IMG/VR virus record: IMGVR_UViG_3300044484_000042
Coordinates: 1-37,895 of that record
DNA: 37,895 nt
Source: a virus
Taxonomy: Duplodnaviria; Caudoviricetes
Strand: one strand, 5' to 3'
The notes beneath the pieces were generated by a model. It was not told where the DNA came from, searched no databases, and saw nothing but the letters and a program-made list of their open reading frames with translations. A program made the translations under genes and the position numbers. Positions 1-8,206 of this stretch are shown piece by piece. Every line of letters starts with the position of its first letter. Position 1 is the first letter of the stretch.

Positions 1-1503
1 CGCGAGTGCCTCAGCTGTCGTGCGCGGGATCGGGTCCGCACCACGCCGGCGCCACCAGTGCGCAGCCCGTTCGGCGGCATAGCCGCCATGCTCGAAGCAC
101 TGCCACTCGCTGGCGACCACGCGCAACCCGGCGCGGTACTCGACCCGCAGCGAGTCCGGCCGGCCGTCTTTCTGGTGCTTGGCATAGGCGACGGCGGTGA
201 CCTCGTGTCGCATCGGGCCGATGATCTCGCCTTGCAGGATGGCAGCGCCGGAGGCCTGCGCCCGGTGATTGACGAGCTCGGGCGGCGGGAACTCGTGACC
301 GCAATCGACGCACTCGCCGGCGCGCGTGGCGTTGGCCGAGCCGCAGGTCGGACAGATCTTGTACGGCGCCGGTGCAGCGGTCTTGCGCGGGCGCACCTGG
401 CCGGTGATGGCGTCGACGGGGCCTAGCACGGCGGTCGTGTCGGTGAAGTCGACCCACAGGCAGTCGACCTTACCCGGCGCGAGCCGCATGCCGCGGCCGG
501 CGATCTGCTGGTAGAGCACCGGCGAGCGGGTGTTGCGCAGGAGCGCGATCAGGTCGACTTCCGGCACGTCGAAGCCGGTGGTGAGCACGGCGACGTTCAC
601 GATGGCCCGCAGGCGCCCTGCGCGGAAGGCCGCAATCGTGGCGCTGCGCTCTTCCTTCGGCGTCTCGGCGCTCACCACCTTCGCGTCGATCCCGCGCGCC
701 TCCAGGGCTCGGCAAACGTGCCTGGCGTGCTCGACCGTAACGCAGTAGACGAGCCAGCGGGCCCGCTCCTGGCCGAGCGCGCAGAGCTCTTCCGTCGCTG
801 CCTCGACGAGCTCGTCGCGGTCGATCTTCCGGGCAAGCTGAGCGATGATGTAGTCGCCGCCGCGCATGGCCACGTCGGAGGCGTCGAGCTGCGTGTTTGT
901 CGCCACGGAGCGCAACGGCGTAAGGAATTCGAGGTCGAGCAGCTCGCGCAAGGTCGCCCGGGCGGCGACGCCGTGAAAGATCGGCTCGTCCTGGTCGGTG
1001 AGCCAGATGCCGTCGCCGCGGAACGGCGTGCCCGTCCAGCCGATCACCCGCAAGCCCGGGCTGTAGCGGCCGAGCTCGGCGATCAGCGTACGGTACATGC
1101 TGGCGTTGCCGGGGCCGATCTGGTGGCATTCGTCGACGAGCAGCAGGTCGATGCGGCCGAGCTCGTGGGCCCTACGCCATACCGAGCCGATGGTCGCGTA
1201 GATGAGCTCGTGCTCGAGGTCGCGACGCGAGAGTGAAGCGGAGCAGATGCCGATCGGTGCCTCCGGCCAGATCGCGAGCAGCTTGCCGAGGTTCTGCTCC
1301 AGGAGCTCCTTGCTCGCCACCACCATCAGCGCCCGCGTGCCCGGCCACTCGGTCATCGCCTGCTTGACGATCTCCGCGATCAGGATCGACTTGCCCGCAC
1401 CGACGGCGGCCGCCACGATCGGGTTGCCGGTCTCGTGCCGGTGGAACCAGGCCCACAAGTCGGCGACGATGCGGGACTGGTAGGGGCGCAGCGCGTAGCT
1501 CAC
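1..1503 (-). CDS. Superfamily II DEXH-box helicase, RadD/YejH-like, with C-terminal Zn ribbon (3' end truncated by window)
   Basis: Not in the ORF track because it is open at the edge. Manual translation from GTG 1503: MSYALRPYQ, Walker A AVGAGKS, Walker B LLVDECH, WTGTP, VLTTGFDVP, QIAGRGMR, CPTC...CVDC. Confidence 0.93.
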   Translation of the reverse strand, partial: MSYALRPYQSRIVADLWAWFHRHETGNPIVAAAVGAGKSILIAEIVKQAMTEWPGTRALMVVASKELLEQNLGKLLAIWPEAPIGICSASLSRRDLEHELIYATIGSVWRRAHELGRIDLLLVDECHQIGPGNASMYRTLIAELGRYSPGLRVIGWTGTPFRGDGIWLTDQDEPIFHGVAARATLRELLDLEFLTPLRSVATNTQLDASDVAMRGGDYIIAQLARKIDRDELVEAATEELCALGQERARWLVYCVTVEHARHVCRALEARGIDAKVVSAETPKEERSATIAAFRAGRLRAIVNVAVLTTGFDVPEVDLIALLRNTRSPVLYQQIAGRGMRLAPGKVDCLWVDFTDTTAVLGPVDAITGQVRPRKTAAPAPYKICPTCGSANATRAGECVDCGHEFPPPELVNHRAQASGAAILQGEIIGPMRHEVTAVAYAKHQKDGRPDSLRVEYRAGLRVVASEWQCFEHGGYAAERAAHWWRRRGADPIPRTTAEALA

Positions 1504-1513
1504 TTGCACACCT

Positions 1514-1690
1514 TCATGACCTCGCGCACTTCCACGTCACCCCCCCCCTGCGTGCCAACTCGGCCAACGCCTGGGCAGCTTCCCGCACATGGAATCGGCG
1601 CGAGATCTGATGCACGACATGAGTATTGCCGGTGGCGTCGCGCTTGACCTCAACAACGCGCCAGGCAACGAGTTCCTTCCGCTTCTTCAC
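1514..1690 (-). CDS. Small hypothetical protein (58 aa as sequenced); may be frameshifted at a G9 tract
   Basis: GTG at 1690 overlaps the upstream stop (GTGA); reads MKKRKELVAWRVVEVKRDATG; fills the gap between nuclease and helicase. Confidence 0.6.
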   Translation of the reverse strand: MKKRKELVAWRVVEVKRDATGNTHVVHQISRRFHVREAAQALAELARRGGVTWKCARS

Positions 1691-2853
1691 GCCACCACCT
1701 TCGCGCGTTCGACGTTCTCAGGTGTCTGTGGCAGCCACTTTACCCAGCGATCCTGTGCGTCGTAGAGGCCGAGATGGCGCCCGCCGTCGTATTCCACCCA
1801 ACGCACGCATTCACTAGGAGCAATGAGGCGTGCTCCAAACGTGCTTCGCCAAGTCTCAATCTCCGGATGTCCAAGTGCTCGCTTATCCTGCACCGCGTGG
1901 ATTTCGGCGCTCGTGTACTCCGGCTGTCCGAACTCGGCGCCATTGAGCAGGTTGCGGTAGCGCACCGCGTTGCGGTCGGCGTCGGCCGCCACGAGCTCGG
2001 CAAAGCGCCCGAGCAGGATCGGGAAGTGCCGGTGCTCCGGGCAGGCTACGCGCTGCTCAGCGAGCTCGAGATCCTTGCTGTGCCGGGCACAGCTCCAGCG
2101 CGCCTCGCCGTCCGGTTCCGGCGTGGCGTGCACGCAGGAGCGGCAGGAGACCGCCGGCGCCGCCGTGCCGTGGCAGAGTTCGTGGAAGTGGCAGAACTTG
2201 CACACGTACCAGGAAGCGTCGTCCGAGATCTTCGCCGGCGGCTCCGGCGAGAAGATGGCCACGCGGGCCCGCTCCATAAGCTTGTCGAATTCCGCCTGGG
2301 CGAACTCGATGCGCTCGACGTGGAGCTCGTCGGTGTCCTTATTGACGGCGATGTACACCGCCCGCTTCATGCCCGTGAGCCCCATGTAGAGCTGCATCTG
2401 CGCCCAGTGGCGCGGCTGCGCTTTCTGCACCCCCTTGGCGAGCCCGGCGAAGTTCTTGGCGCTGTGGGTCTTGAACTCGGCGACGTGCCAGGCCGCCGGC
2501 GCCTCAGGCAAGCCCTGCACCGCCGCGTCCATCGAGCCGCCGCAGTGGCCACCGTGCGCCGTGACGCGCCACTGCTCACCCGGCGCGGGGCCCTCGGAGA
2601 CCTCGCAGCCGATCGCGCGCAGATCGGCGACCAGGCGCGCTTCCTCCAGCTTGCCGGTTTCGAAGAGCCGCAGCATGCGGCCGTCGAAGGCCTCCTGCGC
2701 GGCCCAGCGAAAGGAGAGCCAGAGGTAGCGCACGCAGGCGTGCCCGATCAGCGACGCGCCCAGGTGCGCCCGCCCCTCGCCGCGCTCCCGCGCCTCGTAG
2801 GCGCGATAGATCGCGGCGGCGGTCGTGTGCAGCGGCTGCGGAACGGCCGCCAT
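1687..2853 (-). CDS. Cas4-like PD-(D/E)XK exonuclease with Fe-S/Zn cysteines (phage recombination nuclease)
   Basis: True start MAAVPQP at 2853 (TGATG overlap); LGASLIGHAC, GSMDA, AEFKT, QMQLYM, CKFCHFHELC, CRSCVH. Confidence 0.88.
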   Translation of the reverse strand: MAAVPQPLHTTAAAIYRAYEARERGEGRAHLGASLIGHACVRYLWLSFRWAAQEAFDGRMLRLFETGKLEEARLVADLRAIGCEVSEGPAPGEQWRVTAHGGHCGGSMDAAVQGLPEAPAAWHVAEFKTHSAKNFAGLAKGVQKAQPRHWAQMQLYMGLTGMKRAVYIAVNKDTDELHVERIEFAQAEFDKLMERARVAIFSPEPPAKISDDASWYVCKFCHFHELCHGTAAPAVSCRSCVHATPEPDGEARWSCARHSKDLELAEQRVACPEHRHFPILLGRFAELVAADADRNAVRYRNLLNGAEFGQPEYTSAEIHAVQDKRALGHPEIETWRSTFGARLIAPSECVRWVEYDGGRHLGLYDAQDRWVKWLPQTPENVERAKVVA

Positions 2854-3329
2854 CAGGCAGCGGCCCGCTTCGACCACGGGGGCGCCGCCTTCGCCGGCGC
2901 GGCAGCAGCAGCAGCGGCGTCCGGGGGCAGGACCACGCCAGCAGCGGCCTCGAAGCCCTTGACCTCGTTCTTGTCGCCGTACTGCTCGTCCTTCTTCACG
3001 ACGACCTTGATCCGCACTGGCCGGTTGTGCAGCTGCACGGTGTCGGTGAGCTGCAGCACGCCGATCGCGTGGCAGAGCTGCGAGAGTGTCTTCTGGCCGA
3101 TGCGCTCGGCTTCCGGGTTGGCGTTGGCAATGTTGATGTTGGTGAACACGCGCCGGCACTTGTGCTCGCCGTCGAGCACCTCGAACGTCAGGGCGGCGTA
3201 GCTACCCGTGCCGGCCTTGGTCTGCTTGACCTCGGACTCGACGATCTGCGCGAGGTAGATCGAAGCGGGAATTACCGGGAAGGAAGGCGTCGGATCGACT
3301 TTGCTGGCGTCGAATTGCAGTTGGCTCAT
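2853..3329 (-). CDS. DUF669-family single-stranded DNA-binding protein
   Basis: FPVIPASIYLAQIVESEVKQTKAGTG, LSQLCHAIG, KNEVKGF and Ala-rich tail ending PPW; lies next to Sak4-like ATPase. Confidence 0.85.
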   Translation of the reverse strand: MSQLQFDASKVDPTPSFPVIPASIYLAQIVESEVKQTKAGTGSYAALTFEVLDGEHKCRRVFTNINIANANPEAERIGQKTLSQLCHAIGVLQLTDTVQLHNRPVRIKVVVKKDEQYGDKNEVKGFEAAAGVVLPPDAAAAAAAPAKAAPPWSKRAAA

Positions 3330-3332
3330 GGT

Positions 3333-4031
3333 TCAGGCTCCTGGCTGGGTTGGGTTGAGGATCTTGGCGGCGATGGCGGCGAGGTTCGGCAGCTCGAACG
3401 GATCGAGCGCGCCGCTCCGGTCCTTGGCCACGTACTGAAAGTCGGCGGCCGTCTGTAGCCATCGCGTCGGATTGCCCTCCGGGTCGCGTTCTACCCGCAA
3501 GGCAAGGACCTCGTCGAAGAAGTAGGGCAGCGCCTGGCCGACACGCTGGCCTGGCGCCGACGGCGCGTAGAGCATGGCGCCGGAAATGTCGTCCTTCACC
3601 CGCTCCTGCTTGGCGGAAACGTAGACATTCCGGCCGGGCAGATCGCGGAAGGCGCGGATCAACTCCTGCATCCGATCCGAGAGAGCGCCATAGGCCGCGC
3701 GCGGATCCTTGGTCGCGCGCTTCTCGGCGCCGAGCACCTGCTCAGCGATCTCGCTCACCGAGTCGAGGACGATCCAGTCGAACGGCTTGGCGTCGGCGCT
3801 CTCGGTTACAAAGCGGTAGGCCTCGTGCACGTCTTCGATCGAGCCGACCTCAATCACGGCGAAGTCGTGCTGGCGCAGGGAGAGGAGCCCCGCCTCGGCC
3901 GAAATGATGAGCGGCGTGCCGCCGGTGGTGGCGCAAAGCGTCGTCTTGCCGGAGCCGGCGGCACCGTAGACCAAAATCTTGACGCCGTTCAACTGCGCCG
4001 ATTCGCGCGTGGTGGTGAGCTTGATGGCCAT
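3333..4031 (-). CDS. Sak4-like AAA_24 ATPase / ssDNA-annealing recombinase
   Basis: KILVYGAAGSGKTT Walker A, IISAEAG, WIVLDSVSEI Walker B, AKDRSG C-terminal motif. Confidence 0.9.
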   Translation of the reverse strand: MAIKLTTTRESAQLNGVKILVYGAAGSGKTTLCATTGGTPLIISAEAGLLSLRQHDFAVIEVGSIEDVHEAYRFVTESADAKPFDWIVLDSVSEIAEQVLGAEKRATKDPRAAYGALSDRMQELIRAFRDLPGRNVYVSAKQERVKDDISGAMLYAPSAPGQRVGQALPYFFDEVLALRVERDPEGNPTRWLQTAADFQYVAKDRSGALDPFELPNLAAIAAKILNPTQPGA

Positions 4032-4507
4032 TACGCGACCTCCGCTTCGCTTTTGTTGTCCGGGCTCATGCTCAGAAGCATTTCGCGCACGGCCGAGAGT
4101 TCTTTGCGATACCAGTCGGCGTCGTCGAAGCCGTGTGGTTTCTCGTGCTGGGCTACGAGGGCGTGCACGGCATCAAGCAGCGGTTTGATGTCGCCGAACA
4201 CCCGCGCGTCGCCGGACACCCGCGCGTCGCCGGACACCCACGCGTTGCCGGACACCAGCGCGTCGCCGTACACCCGCGCGTTGCCGTACACCCGCGCGTT
4301 GCCGTACACCCGCGCGTCGCCGGACACCCACGCGTTGCCGGACACCCACGCGTTGCCGTACACGTCGAGGTTGTCTTCTTTCTCGATCCAGCCGCCGATA
4401 TCGCCGATGCTCACGTCTGCGCTGATGGTGGCTGTCGCGCGGATGCGGCAGAGCGTGATGCCTGACTCGACGCGCGTCTCTCCGGTGAATTCGAATTTCG
4501 TGTTCAT
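4031..4507 (-). CDS. Phage hexapeptide-repeat (beta-helix-like) protein
   Basis: Start MNTKFEFTGET at 4507; RIRA...GDIGGWIEKEDNL followed by V[SY]G[ND]A[WRL] repeats. Confidence 0.82.
   Translation of the reverse strand: MNTKFEFTGETRVESGITLCRIRATATISADVSIGDIGGWIEKEDNLDVYGNAWVSGNAWVSGDARVYGNARVYGNARVYGDALVSGNAWVSGDARVSGDARVFGDIKPLLDAVHALVAQHEKPHGFDDADWYRKELSAVREMLLSMSPDNKSEAEVA
4190..4363 (-). repeat. 18-bp tandem repeat (9 copies plus a partial one) encoding the hexapeptide repeats
   Basis: Units such as cacccgcgcgtcgccgga / cacccacgcgttgccgga on the + strand. Confidence 0.92.
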
Positions 4508-4509
4508 GG

Positions 4510-4917
4510 TTAGAGCACCTCGACCTTGACGCTCGGCTTCGCCGGCTTGGTGGTGATGAACCGCGCCAGCATCGTCTGCGACGAGGGCGCCAGGGCGCGG
4601 AATTCCTTCGCGTTCAACTCGGCCTTCCAGCGAAAGGCTGCCTGCTCGCAGCTGTCGAATGCGCTCCAGGAGTCCTGCAGCGCGCCGGTGTCGACGCTTC
4701 GCGTGAGCCCATAGGTCACCGACACCTTGACGCTGTCGAGCTTCTCGGTGCGCGTGCCTTCCTTCCCATCGAGTGGCAGCTCCATGCAGATCTGCGCCTC
4801 GATGGCGTAACGGCGCGCGCGGGCGTCGTCTTCTTGTCGCTTCGCGGCGCGCCAGGCGGCGGCCAGGGCGGAGAGCGTAGTCGCCTCTGTCAGGGCGATG
4901 GTGTCGGGCGCGTTCAT
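4510..4917 (-). CDS. Conserved phage early protein (N-terminal coiled coil, C-terminal KPAKPSVKV)
   Basis: Start MNAPDTIAL at 4917 with GGAGG RBS and ATGA overlap; this type of ORF typically sits upstream of Sak4/SSB modules. Confidence 0.8.
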   Translation of the reverse strand: MNAPDTIALTEATTLSALAAAWRAAKRQEDDARARRYAIEAQICMELPLDGKEGTRTEKLDSVKVSVTYGLTRSVDTGALQDSWSAFDSCEQAAFRWKAELNAKEFRALAPSSQTMLARFITTKPAKPSVKVEVL

Positions 4918-5117
4918 GCTGCCTCCTGAACAGCTTCGACGTTGGCCTGCTCGACTCGGATGCCGGCGGCGGAAAGGCCGATGGCGGTCTTGGGATCGGG
5001 CAGTGACACGTCGTATTCGCGTTCGGCGACGTGGCGCAGCGCCTGCGCGCGGTTGTTGGCTTCGACCAGGCTGGTCGTGCCGTTCCCACGATACCTCACA
5101 GCGTAGATTCGGCTCAT
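4914..5117 (-). CDS. Small hypothetical protein (67 aa)
   Basis: ATGA-coupled at both ends; MSRIYAVRY...LVEANNRAQALRHVA. Confidence 0.78.
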   Translation of the reverse strand: MSRIYAVRYRGNGTTSLVEANNRAQALRHVAEREYDVSLPDPKTAIGLSAAGIRVEQANVEAVQEAA

Positions 5118-5290
5118 GATTGGCTCTTTCGTAGGGCGATGGGTTTGACTTTGGCCGCCTGCTCCTCACGGATGACGGCGGCTTGCTGCATTGCCTCCCG
5201 GCGGCGCGCCTGCATGCGACGCCGGAACGCGGTCGTGTCGGCATGACTCGCCGCCGCGTGGTACTTCCACTCTGGATCGCGCCAGCTCAT
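5114..5290 (-). CDS. Small hypothetical protein (58 aa)
   Basis: MSWRDPEWKYHAAASHADTTAFRRRM; ATGA overlaps on both sides. Confidence 0.7.
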   Translation of the reverse strand: MSWRDPEWKYHAAASHADTTAFRRRMQARRREAMQQAAVIREEQAAKVKPIALRKSQS

Positions 5291-5466
5291 CCCCTGAGCT
5301 CCGCTTCCTCGCCTTCGTCCAGGCGGGCCAGCGCGCGAATCGCGTCGGCGCGCGTGGAGTAAGGCTTCTCCTGCTGGTGTCCGTTGAACGTCACGAACCA
5401 CTGGTCGCCGATGCGAACGATGGCGTTGACCAGCCGGAGAAGTCCGCTTGCGTCTGGGCCGTTCAT
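5287..5466 (-). CDS. Small hypothetical protein (59 aa)
   Basis: MNGPDASGLLRLVNAIVRIGDQWFV; GGAGG RBS, ATGA overlaps. Confidence 0.7.
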   Translation of the reverse strand: MNGPDASGLLRLVNAIVRIGDQWFVTFNGHQQEKPYSTRADAIRALARLDEGEEAELRG

Positions 5467-5687
5467 GCGGCCTCCGGTGCGATGACGACAGCGCGGATCG
5501 AGGACGGGTGGCAGCCGGCGAAGAAAGCACCGTTGCCTGCGCGCACGTCGATACGCTCGTGGTCCTCGGACTCGAACGGCGAGCCGTAGACCGCGGCGAC
5601 TACACCAGCGCGCCAGCGGGCCCCGCCGTTCACGCCGACCAGGATCTCGACAGGTTGGCCAATAGCGAAGTTGGGCTTGGAACTCAT
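5463..5687 (-). CDS. First gene of the pL operon; small beta-rich hypothetical protein (74 aa)
   Basis: MSSKPNFAIGQPVEILV; GAGAG RBS upstream; SH3/KOW-like F-x-x-G-x-x-V pattern. Confidence 0.72.
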   Translation of the reverse strand: MSSKPNFAIGQPVEILVGVNGGARWRAGVVAAVYGSPFESEDHERIDVRAGNGAFFAGCHPSSIRAVVIAPEAA

Positions 5688-5734
5688 TGGTTCTCTCTCG
5701 TTGCGATGGCGCCGTACACACAGGCGCAGGAGAG

Positions 5735-5774
5735 AGAATACACCGTTTGGTGATCTTGTCAACACCAAACGGTG
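5735..5774 (-). promoter_or_regulatory. Leftward early promoter (pL-like) with two repressor operators
   Basis: Minus strand TTGACA (5762-5757), 16-nt spacer, TATTCT (5740-5735); operators caccgtttggtg 5741-5752 and caccaaacggtg 5763-5774 are exact inverted copies. Confidence 0.8.
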
Positions 5775-5781
5775 ACGCGAG

Positions 5782-5810
5782 AGAAAGAAAAAGCCCGCCA
5801 GAGGGCGGGC
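5782..5810 (-). terminator. Rho-independent terminator ending the cI-accessory operon
   Basis: Minus strand GCCCGCC-CTCT-GGCGGGC hairpin followed by TTTTTCTTTCT. Confidence 0.88.
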
Positions 5811-5836
5811 ACGAAAGGCAGCGGATTACTACAGGC

Positions 5837-6502
5837 TCAGTCGAAGAGGTCCGTCAAGACGGTTCTGGTCCCTACCTTGCGGTAGTTCCTCGCATCGAAA
5901 TGAGGGCACCAGTCGCAGCCAGCGTGGACAGCCGCGGCCTGGATCTGGTCCGCAATGGACGCTGGATGCTCCTTCGCAAGCCGCAGCGTGCCATGGATGA
6001 GCATGCATGGGAACGTGTAACGACCGATTTCGAGAGCTTGCTTTGGCCTCGGCTTGTCGAGAATGGCAATTGTCATTGATAGGCTGCCGGCCCCCGGCAA
6101 TTCAACGAGAGGGTCATCGATCACGGAGAGGCAGTGCGCCTGCCAATCTGTGGAGCCACAGGCCTCGAGGTAACAGTCGAGCACACGCATGGCCTGGTAC
6201 GCCTGCTGCACGAGCCGACCGCCGACGAAAATCTGAACGCTTTTCCAGCTGGCAACGTAGTGGAGTAGGGCGCGCGCGCGGCCGGCCTCCGCACGATTGC
6301 GCGCGAAGATGGCGAAGTGCGCCAGCTTACCGCCGACCACGGCGGCCTCGTAATTGGCCGCCTCGGCGGCGATCGCGACGGCCAACGGGTAAGCGGGCGA
6401 CGTACTCTTGGTGAAGGTGACGCCGAGTAGCTGATCGATCGAAGCTTCGGCTAGGTTAGGCAGCCTGACTGGCAGGCTGGCAGCAACCAGGGCCTTCGTC
6501 AC
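5837..6502 (-). CDS. Cys-rich hypothetical protein (221 aa), last gene of the accessory cassette
   Basis: GTG overlaps the upstream stop (GTGA); Cys pattern CYLEAC, HC, FPC, GCDWCP suggests metal binding. Confidence 0.8.
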   Translation of the reverse strand: MTKALVAASLPVRLPNLAEASIDQLLGVTFTKSTSPAYPLAVAIAAEAANYEAAVVGGKLAHFAIFARNRAEAGRARALLHYVASWKSVQIFVGGRLVQQAYQAMRVLDCYLEACGSTDWQAHCLSVIDDPLVELPGAGSLSMTIAILDKPRPKQALEIGRYTFPCMLIHGTLRLAKEHPASIADQIQAAAVHAGCDWCPHFDARNYRKVGTRTVLTDLFD

Positions 6503-6738
6503 TCTGCGCTCGCTGGCGTCAACGGCTTATGGCAATGCTTACAGACGCTCGCTTCCTTGTGCACGAGTTCCTTGCACCATGGGCACTTGACGTGCGTCCA
6601 CGGCGTCGGCGCGTTGGGATCGCGCTTCCGTCCGCCCACCGCTGCGAAAATCAAGTGGAGCGGGATTGTCAGGAACAGCAGCAGCGGGAGGAACAGGAAC
6701 GCAAGGAAGTGCAGCAGCAGGAAGACCAAGTGTCCCAT
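6499..6738 (-). CDS. Small membrane protein with C-terminal zinc ribbon (79 aa)
   Basis: Start MGHLVFLLLHF at 6738; ~30-aa hydrophobic segment, then CPWC-x10-CKHC. Confidence 0.82.
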   Translation of the reverse strand: MGHLVFLLLHFLAFLFLPLLLFLTIPLHLIFAAVGGRKRDPNAPTPWTHVKCPWCKELVHKEASVCKHCHKPLTPASAE

Positions 6739-6764
6739 GGGTTCTTTGTCGCAAGAGTCGTGTA

Positions 6765-7757
6765 TCAGGATTCGAAAAGCGAGCCCGTCTTTCCCTTCTG
6801 TCTCAGGTCCTCCGCCTGCAGCATTCGCGGATGGCCTTGTGCGTCGGCCTCGTACTGCCCTGTTACCTCGACTACCGATCCAAGCCATTGCTTGGCTTGC
6901 TTGACTTCGAATGCGAAGGCACAGCGTATGACCCCGATGTCTTCGCCGACCTTTAGCTTGAAGCGTTGTGCATCGAGATCGATTTCCCTGACTTCTCCGG
7001 TGAACGTGCCGCGCCTGGGCTCACGCAGCAGCGGCGAGTGGCGCACGGTGTCGCGCAATACAATTCGATTCTTGGCGTCGAGTGTGCCGGTGATTCGTTC
7101 GGCCTGGTCTTCCCGGCTGGAAATTTCTAGGGTGTGAATGCCGCGTTGGCCACTCGGCGCAAGCTTCAGGGCCGCCATGAGAGTTGCGTCACGGAAGGCG
7201 GCGTCCGGGAAGGCTTCTGCCATCTCCGGTCGCACCTTCGTATCGGTGAGGTAACGGGAAACCATCGGCAGTGCGCGCAGCGTTTGACGCACGGCCTGGA
7301 TCGCTAGGTCGTCTTTCGGCATGGGAATCATGTCGTCGGCCCCAACAACGGAGAGGTTGAACCCGGCGTAGAGGCTTCCCGGGGCAAGCCCGGTCAGGCG
7401 CAGATCCAACTGCTTGCGAAGCGCGCTGTCGGTCAGCGTCGTAAGACCCGCTGTTGCGTGAACCAGTGCCCGCAGGTTGCGCCCGATCGTTTCGCACAAC
7501 CAGGTGATCACGTCCAGGCGCGGCAGGTGATCCGTTGCTCCTGGACCTTCCGCATGCACCAGCAGGTCGGATGAATCGAGCAGCTGAGCCAGCGGGAACT
7601 CCTCGGCGTACAGCTGGTTCAGCATGTCGAAATAGGGATTGCCCGACTGAAAGAACTCCTCTTCCGGCAGCTTGCCCTTGACCAACTTCCAGGCGCTCTC
7701 GATCTGGTCGTAGAGCAGGCGCGCTCGAAGATGGACGTGATCCGCGTGCTTCACCAT
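6765..7757 (-). CDS. Hypothetical protein (330 aa) with probable C-terminal OB-fold
   Basis: Start overlaps the upstream stop by 7 nt; central DLRLTGLAPGSLYAGF motif; C-terminal TFTGEVREIDLD...IRCAF...LGSVVEVTG beta pattern. Confidence 0.85.
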   Translation of the reverse strand: MVKHADHVHLRARLLYDQIESAWKLVKGKLPEEEFFQSGNPYFDMLNQLYAEEFPLAQLLDSSDLLVHAEGPGATDHLPRLDVITWLCETIGRNLRALVHATAGLTTLTDSALRKQLDLRLTGLAPGSLYAGFNLSVVGADDMIPMPKDDLAIQAVRQTLRALPMVSRYLTDTKVRPEMAEAFPDAAFRDATLMAALKLAPSGQRGIHTLEISSREDQAERITGTLDAKNRIVLRDTVRHSPLLREPRRGTFTGEVREIDLDAQRFKLKVGEDIGVIRCAFAFEVKQAKQWLGSVVEVTGQYEADAQGHPRMLQAEDLRQKGKTGSLFES

Positions 7758-8206
7758 GCGATCAACCTTACCACGCCGCGCAAGTCCTTGGATGACAGCT
7801 GTTTGTCAGCTGCGGTCTTCTCGCCAACATATTGAAAGAAGCGCTGGAAATCGTGCTCCCCTGGAAGCGTGGGGTAATAATCGACCTCGTAAGTCGCTTT
7901 GATGGATGTTTTCCGGCGAACGAAGTGCAGCACGATTGCGCTTTGGACGTTGTCAGGAGCGCTCGTCGCGATCAGGGAGACCTCGATGTCGGCGGGGTCT
8001 GGTTTGTCGCTCAGACAGCTTCCGGCGACGACTATTGGGTAGCAATCCCAGCCTGGTGGGCGCAGTTCGCTGTCGAGGCATCGGCGCAAGGAGGCCTGCA
8101 AGCGCGTTCGGCGCAGATCACCGGCGAACCACAACGCCAACTCTGCCCATGTGGCATCGTGGACCCCTGGCGGCAACAGGCCGCGTGCATCGAGTGGGGG
8201 AATCAC
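7751..8206 (-). CDS. Minimal pol-beta-superfamily nucleotidyltransferase-like protein (DUF6932-like)
   Basis: MIPPLDARGLLPPGVH N-terminus; VVAGSCLSDKPDPADIEV (GS...D-x-E); C-terminal KDLRGVVRL; GTGA-coupled to the repressor. Confidence 0.8.
   Translation of the reverse strand: MIPPLDARGLLPPGVHDATWAELALWFAGDLRRTRLQASLRRCLDSELRPPGWDCYPIVVAGSCLSDKPDPADIEVSLIATSAPDNVQSAIVLHFVRRKTSIKATYEVDYYPTLPGEHDFQRFFQYVGEKTAADKQLSSKDLRGVVRLIAW

Noticed and set aside
1687-2853. Cas4-like nuclease as evidence of CRISPR-Cas
   Set aside because: No cas1/cas2 or array; it sits in a standard Sak4-SSB-nuclease-helicase recombination module
4190-4363. Regular repeats as a CRISPR array
   Set aside because: Units are contiguous, lack unique spacers and encode in-frame hexapeptides
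1687-5721. Long N-terminal extensions in the ORF track (starts at 3159, 5089, 5244, 5530, 5721)
   Set aside because: They overlap real upstream genes; downstream starts with RBS and stop/start overlaps fit better
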